Shown here: positions 13,970-26,235 of the stretch, in pieces
Layout: every line of letters begins with the position of its first letter
Position numbering within the stretch: position 1 is the first letter of the stretch
Source of the DNA: Octopus sinensis
Lineage: Eukaryota
NCBI RefSeq assembly: GCF_006345805.1
Contig: NC_043002.1
Location: 26,474,001-26,538,000 of the forward strand
DNA: 64,000 bases
Reading direction: 5' to 3'
The notes under the pieces: model-generated
Databases searched by the model: none
What the model was told of the DNA's origin: nothing
The model's input: the letters and a program-made list of their open reading frames with translations, nothing else
Translations under genes and position numbers: made by a program

Positions 13970-14630
13970 AGGCAGTGAGCTGGCAGCATCGATAGCACAC
14001 CGGGCGAAATGCTTAGCGGTATTTCGTCGGTCACTACGTTCTGAGTTCAAATTCCTCCGAGGTCGACTTTGCCTTTCATCCTTTCGGGGTCGATAAATAA
14101 GTATCAGCGAAACACTGGGGTCAATGTAATCGACTATCCCCCTCCCATAAATTTCAGACCTTCTGCCTATAGTACAAAGGATTATCATTATTATAACTGC
14201 GAAAGGCGGCGAAATTTCAGCATCGTTTGAACACTGCAATAGCTGCTTCATAGAATTTGTTCTAGCTGTTATACGTTCATCATTTTGGCGTCAAGTAAAT
14301 AAAGTACCAGTAAAATATTAGGGTCGATGATACTGACAATCTCTTTCCCTCAACACTTCTGAACATGTGCCTAAATTAGAGTCCACTATTATTATTTGTT
14401 GAGAACCTATTATTATTTTTTTGAGGATATGTTAGTACACCAGACAAAATGCTTAGCGGCATTTCGTTCGTCTTTACGCTCTGAGTTCAATTTACGCGGG
14501 GTTCAACTTTGCCTTTCATTCTTTCGGGGTCAATAAAATAAGTACCATTTGAGGACTGGAGGTGATATAACTGATTATCGCCATTCCATAAACTTACAGG
14601 CCTTGCCCCTATAGTAGAAATAATTATTTT
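13970..14630 (+). mobile_element. Cluster of three tRNA-headed SINEs of one family (ggcggcgagctggcag... type)
   Basis: Repeated core gaaatgcttagcggtatttcg...ctgagttcaaatt...gtcgactttgcctttcatcctttcggggtc at ~13970, ~14205 (degenerate) and ~14430. Confidence 0.8.
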
Positions 14631-15690
14631 TAAGAACACTAATCTTTAAAAACCTTTAATCTAAGCCTACCAAAAATTTGAAGGTTAATTGATTTTGTTC
14701 CTTTTATGTTTTACAAATTTTTATTACCCCTAAACTATATTATTTCTACTGTAATATAAGTTATAACGAGATATGGTAAGCAGCTGAAAATGATACAACA
14801 ACAATAGTAAAGTCACGCTATGAAACTATCAAACCATTATTTTCGATGTAATTAAACATCTGTTTATGTCTACGTCACTGATTAATATCTCTACGTAACT
14901 GTTGAATCTTTCATGAATTGCGAGTACAGTACACATAGAGATTATCAGTGCGTATCAATTATCTCCGCTTTTCTAATTTGTTTTCAAATGTTTTACACTT
15001 GTATATCCGTGATACAGTTCACAGTTGTTGTTATTATTTATCTCGTCCTAACTAATTTAATTTTGTATATTTCTTCAAATTAGCAAATGTAAGAAAACCG
15101 CTTAATTCGAATTATTCTTGTTATTTTCTGTCAACAAATCAAAATATTTGCAATTGCAAATATCGTACAGGGTAAATCTGGCGGTGCTTCATTTTGGATA
15201 ATCATCAAAATTTATGATTCCAGAAAAAAGTTAACGAAGCAGGTAATGTAATTTGTGAAGACTGAAACACAACATCAGTGAAGTAGTCGCAGACGAGCGA
15301 TACAAGAAGTTTCTCAAGGCGTAAATTCGTAACGGTGCAAAATTTCAAAATAAAACCCAAAAACAAAAAATCAACAACAATGTAGTAATAATAAATAAAT
15401 AAAAATACTAAAGAATAGTGCCTCCTTCCTACAATAGCTACCCCTGCACAGCAGCTCATTTAATTTAGCGGTGAATGTATGATACTCAGCAATTAAGTGT
15501 ATGTCTGGTATAGCATATTTGCCGGTTACAGCTGAGTGTTTGGTTACCTGTCATTTGTCTACACGCTGGCACGGGGAAAACAACTACCGCAACGACAACA
15601 ACCACAATTACAACAGCCACAGCAATATCAATGGCAATAGACTGGACAACGGAGAGTGGCTAGAATGTCACGCAACCCTATTGTACTCAC

Positions 15691-15797
15691 CACTACTTAT
15701 ACTTTGTAGCATTGTCCTCCACCAAAATGGTAAAATGTCTAGAGAGACAATTTTTCGCATATCTTTTTGTTCAACTGACCATCTGTAAGTGATACGC
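15691..15797 (-). CDS. Candidate exon (RITYRWSVEQKDMRKIVSLDILPFWWRTMLQSISS)
   Basis: Acceptor ttctgcag|G, donor G|GTGAGT, and only one open frame between them (1+105+1 nt). Confidence 0.5.
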
Positions 15798-16940
15798 CTG
15801 CAGAATCAGTTTCAGTTTATATCTACATAACAAGAGCAAACAATATGCTTGTATATTTTAAGTTATTTCTATGTAAATCGAACCCTATATAGTGAAGATA
15901 CTTGCTTTCCGTACTCAGTTATTCTGCGCCGTAATGGAATTTGAACAACGGAAACTTAATGGTGGAATTTTGTCGAACGTTATCGAGCAGAAGCTTTGAG
16001 GAGTATGTGTGCATTCATACATATGCGTGTGTATGTGTGTGTGTGTGTTTGTGTACAAGTGCGGGATGATTGTAACTAAAACCTGGTGTTGTTTCTGTAT
16101 GGTGCCTTCATTTTCAGTATGCAGCAACTTGACATAGAAACCGATATAATGCACACTCGATTAGGCTAAGACTGAAGGCTGCAACTGAACATGGAAACGG
16201 ACAAATGACTTTTGTACTCATTTTAGTCAATGCTTTAGATTTATATGATAACTGTCAGAAATTTTCAATAAACACTATATCAGATATGTTGAAAATATAC
16301 GAATTACTTTTGTACCAATTATTTTCCTCTCGTTTTTAATGTAGAGCTTGTAGGTTACAACATCGTAAATCGCCTCAGTTGCTCTTGTTGTTCTTTAACT
16401 TAGGTGATGAAAATTATCTTCCATTTTGCAGGCGTACTGTATATAATGTCTTTTTTAACACAAAAGAATGCGTAATTTTAAGATTTAACTGTTATTTCTA
16501 AATAACATTATGATACTATAATTATTTTATGGTTCTCAAGAGGACGACTATTCTTTGCGAAACTGTTTATATTCTCTTTTCGTAAACAGTTGTGTACGAG
16601 TGAAAATCTACATCGGTAGACCTGTTTGCCTGCGTGTTAATTGGCTTCGGCGTCTAGTTTTAATTGTCTAATCAACTAAATTACCTGCTAATTAAATTAG
16701 CGTGTACTTTGGACAGTATTGAGAGCCTCACGCACCATTACGTATTTTTCTGGCAAACGCCAGGTGACTGTATGTTATGACACTCTCTCTCTGTATATAT
16801 ATATATATATATATATTTAGCAATTAAGGACAACTACTTAATAAGGAAAACTTAACAAGAAATTGTCAGGCAGATAGCGTAAAAACCTCATAAGAGAAAA
16901 AAATTTCGAAAATAATTATTTCTTATTGAACATATTAATT

Positions 16941-17243
16941 TATATATAGAGGGCATTATACATACATGCCAGAAGGCATTATACATACAGCCAAAACGCT
17001 AAGAGGGACAATCAGTCATTTCTACCAAAAATATTACTAATCCCACCGAATGCAATTTTTCAAAGTAAGACATTTAAAAATATAGACCTGTATCACAGTG
17101 ATTTCATACTTACGTAATCATCAGCAGGCCTGAAAGTATTATAAATAAACAACGACCCTGCCCCGCTTAAGCCGATCAGCTAACTGATCAACATGTATGT
17201 ATAATGTATGTATAATGCCTTCTGGCATGTATGTTATAATGCC

Positions 17244-17254
<11 letters not shown>
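16941..17254. mobile_element. Short element with ~49-bp inverted termini and an internal hammerhead, within (TA)n
   Basis: 16941-16989 is the reverse complement of 17205-17254 (one 1-nt indel); 215-bp core. Confidence 0.8.
17085..17130 (-). ncRNA. Type I hammerhead ribozyme motif with canonical core
   Basis: Minus strand reads GGCCUG-CUGAUGA-U-UAC-GUAA-GUA-U-GAAA-UCACUGUGA-UA-CAGGUC: 6-bp stem I, stem II with GNRA loop and a U.U closing pair, 4-bp stem III, AUA cleavage triplet. Confidence 0.72.
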
Positions 17255-17281
<27 letters not shown>

Positions 17282-17288
17282 TATATAT

Positions 17289-17637
17289 CGTCGTGGCACT
17301 CCGTCAGTTACGACGATGAGGTTTCAGTTACTCGCGAAATTAACGTGCAAGTAGCTGAACACCCCACAGATAGGTATACTCTTAAAGTAGTTCTCAGGGA
17401 TATTCAGCGTGAAACAGAGTCTGAAAAGGCTGGCCCTTTTGAAATACAGGTACAACAGAAACGGGAAGAAAGAGTGAGATAAGGTTGTGGCGAAAGAGTG
17501 CAGCAGTGTTCACTACCACCCTCTGCCGGAGCCCCGTGGAGCTTTAGGTGTTTTCGCTTAATAGACACTCACAACGTCCGGTCTGAGAATCGAAAACACG
17601 AGTCCGATGCCCTAATCACTGGGCCGTTACGCCTCCA
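17289..17637 (-). mobile_element. tRNA-derived SINE (ggaggcgcaatggcccagtgg... head), long-tail form
   Basis: A/B-box-like head shared with 57049-57360. Confidence 0.82.
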
Positions 17638-17723
17638 CAATATATATATATATATTATATATACGCCATGATAGGCAACATATGTATACTTTAGAGGTTG
17701 GTGAGTGATGGTATATATGTACA

Positions 17724-17916
17724 CAATGATAGATCGTTAGCTACTACACACATTTTTTCCTCTCCTTGTTTTTTTTTCTGTGTCCCTTTCTGTAGAAGAG
17801 CGTAGGCTCGAAACGTAAAAGACTTTTTTTCTATTCCTGAGCGCTATACTAATACATCTGTTTGTTTGTACACCACCTGTCTTCGTCTTTTGTTTATTTT
17901 CGTAAACTTTCCCTTT
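17724..17916 (+). mobile_element. ~190-bp repeat family carrying a hammerhead-like motif with CUGUAGA core
   Basis: Homologous copies at 41612-41748, 44365-44570 and 62141-62345 (all - strand), each next to (TA)n. Confidence 0.8.
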
Positions 17917-18332
17917 ATATTTATTATTTATTTATTTACTTTATTTTATCTAGTTTCAGCTCACGAGCTGTGGCCATGCTAGGGCACCGCCATTTTTTGA
18001 GTATGTTCATAACACCAGCTTCATGATAAAGTTATTTTACTAAATTATTTGTTATATTTAAATTAATTGAAAGAAACACAGAGAATCTCAAAATAAATAC
18101 AGCAACGAAAGGATTAATAAACATATAAAGTTAATCTTCAAGTTGCAAGAAAACTAGAGCATGGAAAGCAAAACAAATTACAGGTTCTAAATTGCACAAA
18201 GAGTCAGCAAAAAAAAGAAAATACCCAACAAATTGTTGTCCAGTGTAATACTTCATGTAATGTGTATATATATACATATACATACATACACACATACATA
18301 CACACACATACACACACACACGCACGCACGCA

Positions 18333-18385
<53 letters not shown>

Positions 18386-18759
18386 GTATATGGTCTGATG
18401 CAGATTGTTTTCGAGGTCACACCTGTAATGGGAGCAGAACAAGTGTGATGCAAAGTGATTAGATTGCAGGTTCTGGTTGAGTGAAGAATGATATTGACTT
18501 TTTATAGAAGTGAATGTTGTTACCGAGTGATGACATGCGATTGCCTGGTACTTTGATTTATTGTGATTTTTAATGAACAAAATAAATAATAAATAAATAA
18601 ACGAAACTACCTAAAATTAAAGATCGCTAACGTCTCTTGTAATAAATCTAATACTGACAGCTACTCTCGAAACACTTGTCAAATAATTCTTTAGGTAACA
18701 CGGTTCTATATTTAAGAGATGAGGAAGTATGTGCATTATTTACATTATTTACGTTTGAC

Positions 18760-18886
18760 GAATACTTGTCCTCGTCTTGTTTGTTGTTAACACAACGTTT
18801 CGGTTGATATACCCTCCAGCCTTTATCAGGTGTCTTGGGAAAATTTAAAACCTGGGTTCTCATGCCTAAGGTATTTTTCGATGCTA
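18760..18886 (-). mobile_element. Short HHR-bearing element, copy 1 (core CUGAUAA, probably inactivated)
   Basis: Homologous to 19160-19295; motif at 18789-18834. Confidence 0.7.
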
Positions 18887-18936
18887 TTCTTCTTCTTCTT
18901 CTTCTTCTTCTTCTTCTTCTTCTTCTTCTTCTTCTT

Positions 18937-18967
<31 letters not shown>

Positions 18968-18989
18968 TTATTATTATTATTATTATTAT
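18886..18989. repeat. (TTC)n-(TTA)n compound microsatellite
   Basis: Direct reading. Confidence 0.97.
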
Positions 18990-19070
18990 GCCCGGGCATA
19001 TGGCATAATGGTAAAGAGCGCGGGCTATTAACCCCAAGATTTCGAGTCCGATTCCAGGCAGTGACTTGAA
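18990..19070 (+). mobile_element. Short tRNA-like SINE followed by an (AAT)n tail
   Basis: tggcataatggtaaagagcgcgggc...ttcgagtccgattcc resembles A/B boxes; (AAT)n runs to ~19160. Confidence 0.65.
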
Positions 19071-19099
19071 TAATAATAATGATAATAATAATAATAATG

Positions 19100-19145
<46 letters not shown>

Positions 19146-19196
19146 TAATAATAATAATAGTCATCAAAAAATTCCTTAGATTCGAAATTTCCTGAA

Positions 19197-19242
19197 GACA
19201 CCTGATGAAGGCTGGAGGGTATATCAGCCGAAACGTTGTCTT
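19197..19242 (+). ncRNA. Minimal type I hammerhead motif in the short element at 19160-19295
   Basis: gacac-CTGATGA(19202-08)-A-ggctg/cagcc-GAAA(19230-33)-CG-T-T-gtctt. ACGU palindromic stem III; one stem I mismatch that is a G-C pair in the sister copy. Confidence 0.6.
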
Positions 19243-20504
19243 AACAACAAACAAATGGGGACAAATATCTATCAAATTTAAATAATGTAAATAACTGTTT
19301 AGGTGTCTTTTTCTTCTGTAAAGTGGCTCCTTTGTTTGATTTTAGTTCCTCTATATGATACTACAGACGTCTTCTACAAAGGCGTCGGATAGACCCATGC
19401 CCTGTGAAGTGAACCAGGTTGAGCAAATACTATGCGAAGATTAACAGACTGTTTGTGTTCTCAAGTTAATTTTATTTAATCAGTTGCTTTGTTTCACACC
19501 ACAAGCAGGTTCTTTCATGCCTTTATGGTAAAGGTTTAATCAGAGAACGCGCCCTTAAGAATTTTGGATCATGTGTGAGGTCTAACGATGTCTAACATCT
19601 TGTTTTCATTTGTCTCTCGTTTCGATGGTCTTGCAAAAAAAGTCATGGGTCCTGCCTTTCACATACTAATTAAATACTTTTCATGTTCTCGTTGGAATTA
19701 TAATTCCCTCACTTTATTTTGTTTTACATTTTTGGTTGAAGAATTTCTTTCGGGTTATAATACATATACCTATTTGTAAATTTTACTATATGAGTTATGT
19801 TTTCTTTTTAAATATACCTCATATCAGTCGTGATCCATCAAAATACTTCCAATTGTTACTGCCTTATCTATCTTTTCAAATATACTTCATCGTAGACTAC
19901 TGTGTTATGACCTTTCTCGTCGTTGCTTTTATTCAGGCTCTAGTAAATCCTATTCAAGCAGATCAATGATTTAATTCCTTTTCGTTGTAATGTGCTTCCG
20001 TGTGGGTGTTGCTTCTTAGACTTTGATCAGGTCAGTGTACGATTAAAATCATTACAAATGTGACCATTACAGCTTTACTGAGACATAGTGTATGCAAGAC
20101 TAGTGTATATGAATGTGACCATTATAATATTATTCAGACATAATGTATTTAGGTTAATTATCTAATGTTAACGCCTTGGCTATTTCCCCTACGTCAGCCA
20201 TAATAGAGCGGAAATGTTATTTAAGAGCATATTTCAGTTATCTCTTTTATTATAGAGATATGCAAATGTTAACTACATTCTCTCTTTTGATGTAACATTA
20301 AGCAATTTGAGAGGAAGTTTGTTCCTTCTTTAGCATGTTGAGCGACCGGACGCACTACTGTCGGATATTTTATAGTTTTTCCTAGCATAGGTGTAAAACC
20401 TCATATTTGAGGATTGTATAACATGCGATTAGACCACCCCCAGTTTTTCATTTCTCCTTTATCTATCCTTCAAAGATGTAATTCAAATTTGGCATTGATT
20501 TTAA

Positions 20505-20727
20505 CTCAGACGATCAAAAGCTGGAGTAAAATCTGCGAAGAAATTTGTCCGAAGTAGTAATGATTCCGCCAGTCTATCACCATTTTTGGTTTCTCTACAA
20601 TACAAAGTGGTGCCTGAACATAAGTCCACATGTATAGGTTTTCGCAAAGTAAGTATCCATTTTATTGCAGAACTAGCGTATACCGAATTACATAATGCAA
20701 TGAACTCTTCATTTTTTAAACAGTTGA
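20505..20727 (-). CDS. Candidate exon (NCLKNEEFIALCNSVYASSAIKWILTLRKPIHVDLCSG...)
   Basis: Good pyrimidine-rich acceptor (tacgtatacag|) and ~74 open codons; donor position unresolved. Confidence 0.25.
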
Positions 20728-21564
20728 CTGTATACGTAAAGAATAAGATAGACAAATAGATATATTAACAGATAGATAGAGAGAGAGAAAGAGAAAGAAA
20801 GTGAGAGAGAGAGAGAGAACTAGCATGACATAAAACTAGATCTCTGGCGAGATAATTTTATGCTGTTGCTGAGATAACTTTATAGTGTTCTCTCAACGGC
20901 GAGTCAAATATGTTGTTGGCATTCATTCCCGATATAAACTGACATCATACTGACTTATCAATAAATATATTCAATCTATGATGACTTCTCATTAATATCA
21001 GGATTACATTACGCTTGAATATATTACCCAAAATAATGTTATATAAGACCAGTGTGTTTAATTCCAGAGAGATTTGACTGTTATATCTAGCATTTCTAGC
21101 CATTAATCATTTTCCTGACTTATTTATAGAAATTTTAAATATCCAATAAATTTTCTTTGATAAATAAAATAAGATATAAAATTTCCATTGATGGTATTAA
21201 TAATGTGAGTAAACTTTCATATTTCTTTTAACTTTGTTGTGTATATGCGTGCGAATAATGTGTGTGTTTGTGCGCTTATGTGTGTGTGTACTTGTGTATA
21301 AGTGTATGAGTGTGTGTCACTGCGTGTATGTGAGTGTTTGTGCATGAGGGTATATGTCTACGTATCACCCAGTGCGAGATAATTCGTACCGAAACCAATG
21401 CCAAATATATACAACTATTTATATTCATATGTATACACGTGGGTATGTGTGCGTGTGTTTGTACGTGTGTATATGTCTGTGACTGTATATAATTGTTTAT
21501 TTTATCGTTTACTTGTTTCAGATATTAGAGTGCGGCCATGATGGGGCACGTGTGTCTACAGATG

Positions 21565-21827
<263 letters not shown>

Positions 21828-22185
21828 GTGTGTGTATGTATCTGTCTGTCTGACTATCTATAATAATTAATCGGAAACTAAATATTTATCTTCTAAATCG
21901 AGATAACGCTAAAGTGAGGTCAAGTAAAATCTGCTGAAACTCAGTTTCCGAGTATATCTCTGCTATCTATACTAGTCTGTGTTCGTGTGTACGTGTGTGT
22001 GTGTGCGCGCGCGCGTTCGTGCGTGCCTGTGTATATGTGTGCCTTGTGTCTGTGTGTGTATGTTTACGTATATCAATATCTATTCGCATATATATATATA
22101 TATATATATATGTAGGTCCCGGGTTGATCCGGGGTTAACCACAGTAAATAAGGTACTCAATACATAGCAGAGTAAAATTAATTTA

Positions 22186-22304
22186 TATATAGAAGGAGCT
22201 TCTACAGGACTAGAACTGTTTCATTCAAGAGAATCTTCAGGAAGCTTCCTGAAGATTTCTCTTGAATGAAACAGTTCTAGTCCTGTAGAAGCTCCTTCTA
22301 TATA
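22186..22304. repeat. Loopless palindrome with ~59-bp arms, containing hammerhead core elements
   Basis: Centre gaag|cttc at 22244/22245; arms differ by one 1-nt indel. Confidence 0.95.
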
Positions 22305-22509
22305 ATAAATATATATATATATATATATATATTGTGCAAAACAATAAAAAGAAACGTCCTCCTACGACAATTAAAACAAACATGAATAGTAATGACATCA
22401 ATATAACTTTAAACATTGTTGAATGTAAAGATGTTTAGCTTGGCATCTTGAAGTACAATTAACCAACCAATGTGTAATAGTTATAATAATGATAATAATA
22501 AAATACATG

Positions 22510-22755
22510 CGCCCTTTTAAAGCCTAGCCAGGCTCATGGGCCCGGTTTACTGGTTTCCATGGTGTATGTGTTCCCCTGGTGGATGGGACCCTAGTCCATT
22601 GCAGCGTTACACATTTTTGCCAGCTGAGTGGACTGGAGTAAAGTGAAATGAAGTGTTTTGCTCAAGAACCCAACGCGTCGCCCGGTCCAGGAATCGAAAC
22701 CACAATCTTACGATCATGATGCTGACACCCTAACCACGAAGCCACGCGCCTCCAT
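22510..22755 (-). mobile_element. tRNA-derived SINE (ggaggcgcgtggc... head)
   Basis: tggcttcgtggttagggtgtc...ggtttcgattcctggacc A/B boxes; body similar to the copies at 32566 and 51731. Confidence 0.8.
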
Positions 22756-23139
22756 GTAATAGTTATAATACTATTATTAATCTATTACATCTTATCTTTT
22801 CTCTTTAATATGTATACATGTATATGGTGTTTAAACACACACAGATGCACACACACATACGCGCACACACTCACTCACCCCTCACACACATATCTGTGTG
22901 TGTGTGTGTGTGAGTATGTGTGTACCTCGTTATCGTATGGCAGCAGTCTACGTTACTAATTAAATCAGAAATATCTTGCCAATTAAATTATACCGATTGT
23001 TCTAATCGATAAGGCAGTCATCCAGCCGATGATAGATACGCTGAGTGGCTGATATTTGAGGACTTGTTCCTCTTTTTCCTGTCGTATCCGGTGCCCATAA
23101 ATGTCTGATAGATAATTATATATGATATATAATTTATAC

Positions 23140-23299
23140 TTGCAACTTTAATTGTTTAACATCTTGCCACCAACGCATCAGTCTCCGGCTTCTATAAGTG
23201 TTCCAGTTTCTGGTTGACTGGGTAACATGCTTTTTCTTTTTATAAATAAGTTTCCTTGAATCCCGGATGTAAAATACAAATCGGAAAGACGTGAAATCG
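23140..23299 (-). CDS. Candidate exon (DFTSFRFVFYIRDSRKLIYKKKKHVTQSTRNWNTYRSRRLMRWWQDVKQLKLQ)
   Basis: Acceptor gcttatatttcag|C, donor GTATAA, open 1+159 nt. Confidence 0.3.
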
Positions 23300-24780
23300 C
23301 TGAAATATAAGCAGAGCAACATGATACTACTACTCAGAGTTATCGGCGGAAGGCTTCACTCTCGTAATCTAGAGTTCCGGTTCATCCAACATCCGGCTTA
23401 ACGGGTTAACGGGTTTTAACACCGATGCGCTCTATAGATACTTGTGCATGTTTTATGTTTTATGCGCGTGTGTGTGACTCTACATTTGATTATGTGTGTG
23501 TCCCTGCAGATGAGTATGTGTGAGACAGAGATAGTGAGAGGGAGGGTGTGTGTGAGTGTGTGTATGAGATATCGAAAGAGAGGGAGGGGTATGTGTGTGA
23601 GAGAGAGGGAGGTGGAGAGAGAGTCAGTCTTGTTCCACGACTTTTCATTGAAATATTACTCCTTCATTGATTCCGGCTGAAGGAAGGTGTGCCTAAGTCG
23701 TTCGCTGAGACAACACACGACTTTAGACAATTCCCCCTACGTTTTCTTATAAACGCTGTTGTTTTCGTTTTAAGTCTGTGTGGAACTATAATTATATTGT
23801 AAGTTCACTGACTTTTCAATACCGTCTTCATCATATATCTACACGAACTGATATTAGTAACACTAATTGATTTTCTTAGAAGCCAGGGCCACTGTCAGCG
23901 TTACTTTTTCTGTATTTGTTTCCCATTTATCACCAGACATTCTCTTTTTTCCTGAAGTCTGCCGTCAGGTTTTTGCAGTAATTAGAAAATATATCTTATT
24001 TGTGCCTGGTATTATTTGCAGCTATATTCAGTATAACCTTATAGTTGTGGCTGTTTAACTAAAGATCGACATTGATTGAGTAGCCCAGAGTTAAATACTA
24101 TTTCAGCCGCGACCTTCTTACTTGTCAATAATTTAGGACTGCATTGTTCAATGTGTCTTTCTTTTCAGAGGACGGCCAGGAATGATTTGATTCAAAAAAA
24201 AAAAAAAAAAAATGCTGATACTTTCCAGCCGTGAGCATCCAGTCAGAACTTCTCCCTTGCTATGTCATCCTATATGTCCATCCTTCCTAAGACGGCGTAA
24301 TTAACTTGGAGGTTATCAACAATGGATAATGAATGACATTTAAACAGAACTCGGAATAATTAAAGTGGACAATTAACATAAAGTAGATTACAAGATGTAA
24401 TAAACTGTCATCGTAAAACCAGTTTAACTATTTTAAGTACTTACTACATTTAAAGGGCAACTTTAAAAATTAGCTTGCCCTTGTTTTATAGTGTTTTGTT
24501 AGAGAAAGGAAAGACCCTCTTTATCATTTTCAAGTCCTTTATGACTAGTGAGGAGAGCGTGGTGTAGTTATATTTAGATTGAACTCTTAGTCCGAATATT
24601 TTTAATACCTTGGAGCCTGCTATCAAGGTTCAAGCGCTGCTGTTAAACAAAGTGACAAAATAATAGGAACGGTTCCCGGCGAGGTTCCACACAGATTCCT
24701 TATATGTCTACGAGGGAGTTTGTACATTGTCACCAGACGAAGCAGAAGTGACTACTAAGTTTCCTACAAACCGTAGTCTA

Positions 24781-24942
24781 GGTGCACGAGTGACTGTGTG
24801 GTAATTAGGTTGCTTACCAACCAGATGGTTCCGGGTTCAGTCCCAGTGCGTGACACCTTGGGCAAGTGTCTTCTACTATAGCCTCGGGCCGACCAAAACC
24901 TTGTGAGTGGATTTGGTAGAGGGAAACTGAAAAAGCCCGTCG

Positions 24943-25001
<59 letters not shown>

Positions 25002-25208
25002 TGTGTGTGTGTTTCTTCCCTCCAACATCGCTTGAAAACAGATAATAGTGTGTTTACGTCCCCGTAACTAGCGGTTCGGCAAAAGAAAATGATAGAATAA
25101 GTACTAGACTTAGAAATAATAAGTCCTGGGGTTTATTTGCTCGTGTAAATGTAGTGCTCCAGCATGGCTGCAGTCAAATGACTGAAACAAATAAAAGAAT
25201 AAAAGAAT
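24781..25208 (+). mobile_element. tRNA-headed SINE with internal TA/TG microsatellite (ggcgcaggagtggctgtgtggtaag type)
   Basis: Colinear with 35179-35572; 3' end cagcatggccgcagtcaaatgactgaaacaa. Confidence 0.88.
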
Positions 25209-25532
25209 TTGTTAAATTTTGGAAAGTAAAAGTGGGATGCTCATAGCCGAAGAGTTTTATTAGAAGTCTACTCAGAGGGAATGATCAGGAATACAGGACA
25301 AGGAAAACAATAACGTCAACACAGATGATGTATTTAACTGAAATTATATATAAAAAAAAACAAGAGTATTGTAACCATAGAATACAAGATTATTGAAAGC
25401 ACAGTATACAGTGGTATTGAAATCATAAAACGAAGAGTAATAAAATACTTTACACAGGAATCGAAATTTAAATATTAGAGTGTATTAAACAATATACATT
25501 TGTAAGTAGAATTCATAAAGAAGGAAAGTATA

Positions 25533-25944
25533 TTTTTCATTATTGGCCACACAGGGTTGAACACAGAGGGGACAAAATACAAAGCAGAGATTTTCTTTTT
25601 GGAAAGAAGGGAAAAAAAGTGGATCGAATTTCGATCAAAAGGGATCGTGAAAAAAAAATAAAGCCGATCAATAGGGATCATGTATCACAGAAATATCAAT
25701 GTAAAAAGGGAAAGACCAAGGTAACCTTGGGCAATAGTGTCATGCAAAAAACACATTACAGTAAGTGACACCCTTTTTTCCTTTCTTTTTTTTTTCATAG
25801 GTTTATTTTCAAGCTGGCTCCGTCATTCACACGTGCCATCCTTGCTACATTCACTCATCTTTTTTTGAAACATTCACTAGACAGAACTTCCCTCTCTACT
25901 CTCACCTTCCTCTTCAAGTGATACTTGAAGAAGTTGAAGGAGAG
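25533..25944 (-). mobile_element. Tx1/L1-clade LINE 3' end, short 5'-truncated copy
   Basis: Homologous to 47908-48425 (FFKYHLKRKVRVEREVLSSECFKK plus 3' UTR). Confidence 0.82.
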
Positions 25945-26235
25945 TATAGAACTCATAACATAAAAGGGTATTGAAATCATAATATTCAAAAGAATTTCGT
26001 TACCGAAAAATTACGTTATCGATAAGTTACTAATATAGATTATAAATTGAATGGTGCTGTGCATTTGATGTCATTAGAAGCGTATTTAGAAAGTATAGGA
26101 GGAGGTGCTGAGAGGTTCTTGGCTTGAAGGATGTCGCGAAAGGCTTGGTTGGAGGCTCAGCCTTCTGAGTTCTTTCTCAACCTTTTGAGTTCTGAAGGAC
26201 TGCTGCAATAAGTGTGTGAATCCGAGAAAGGAATA

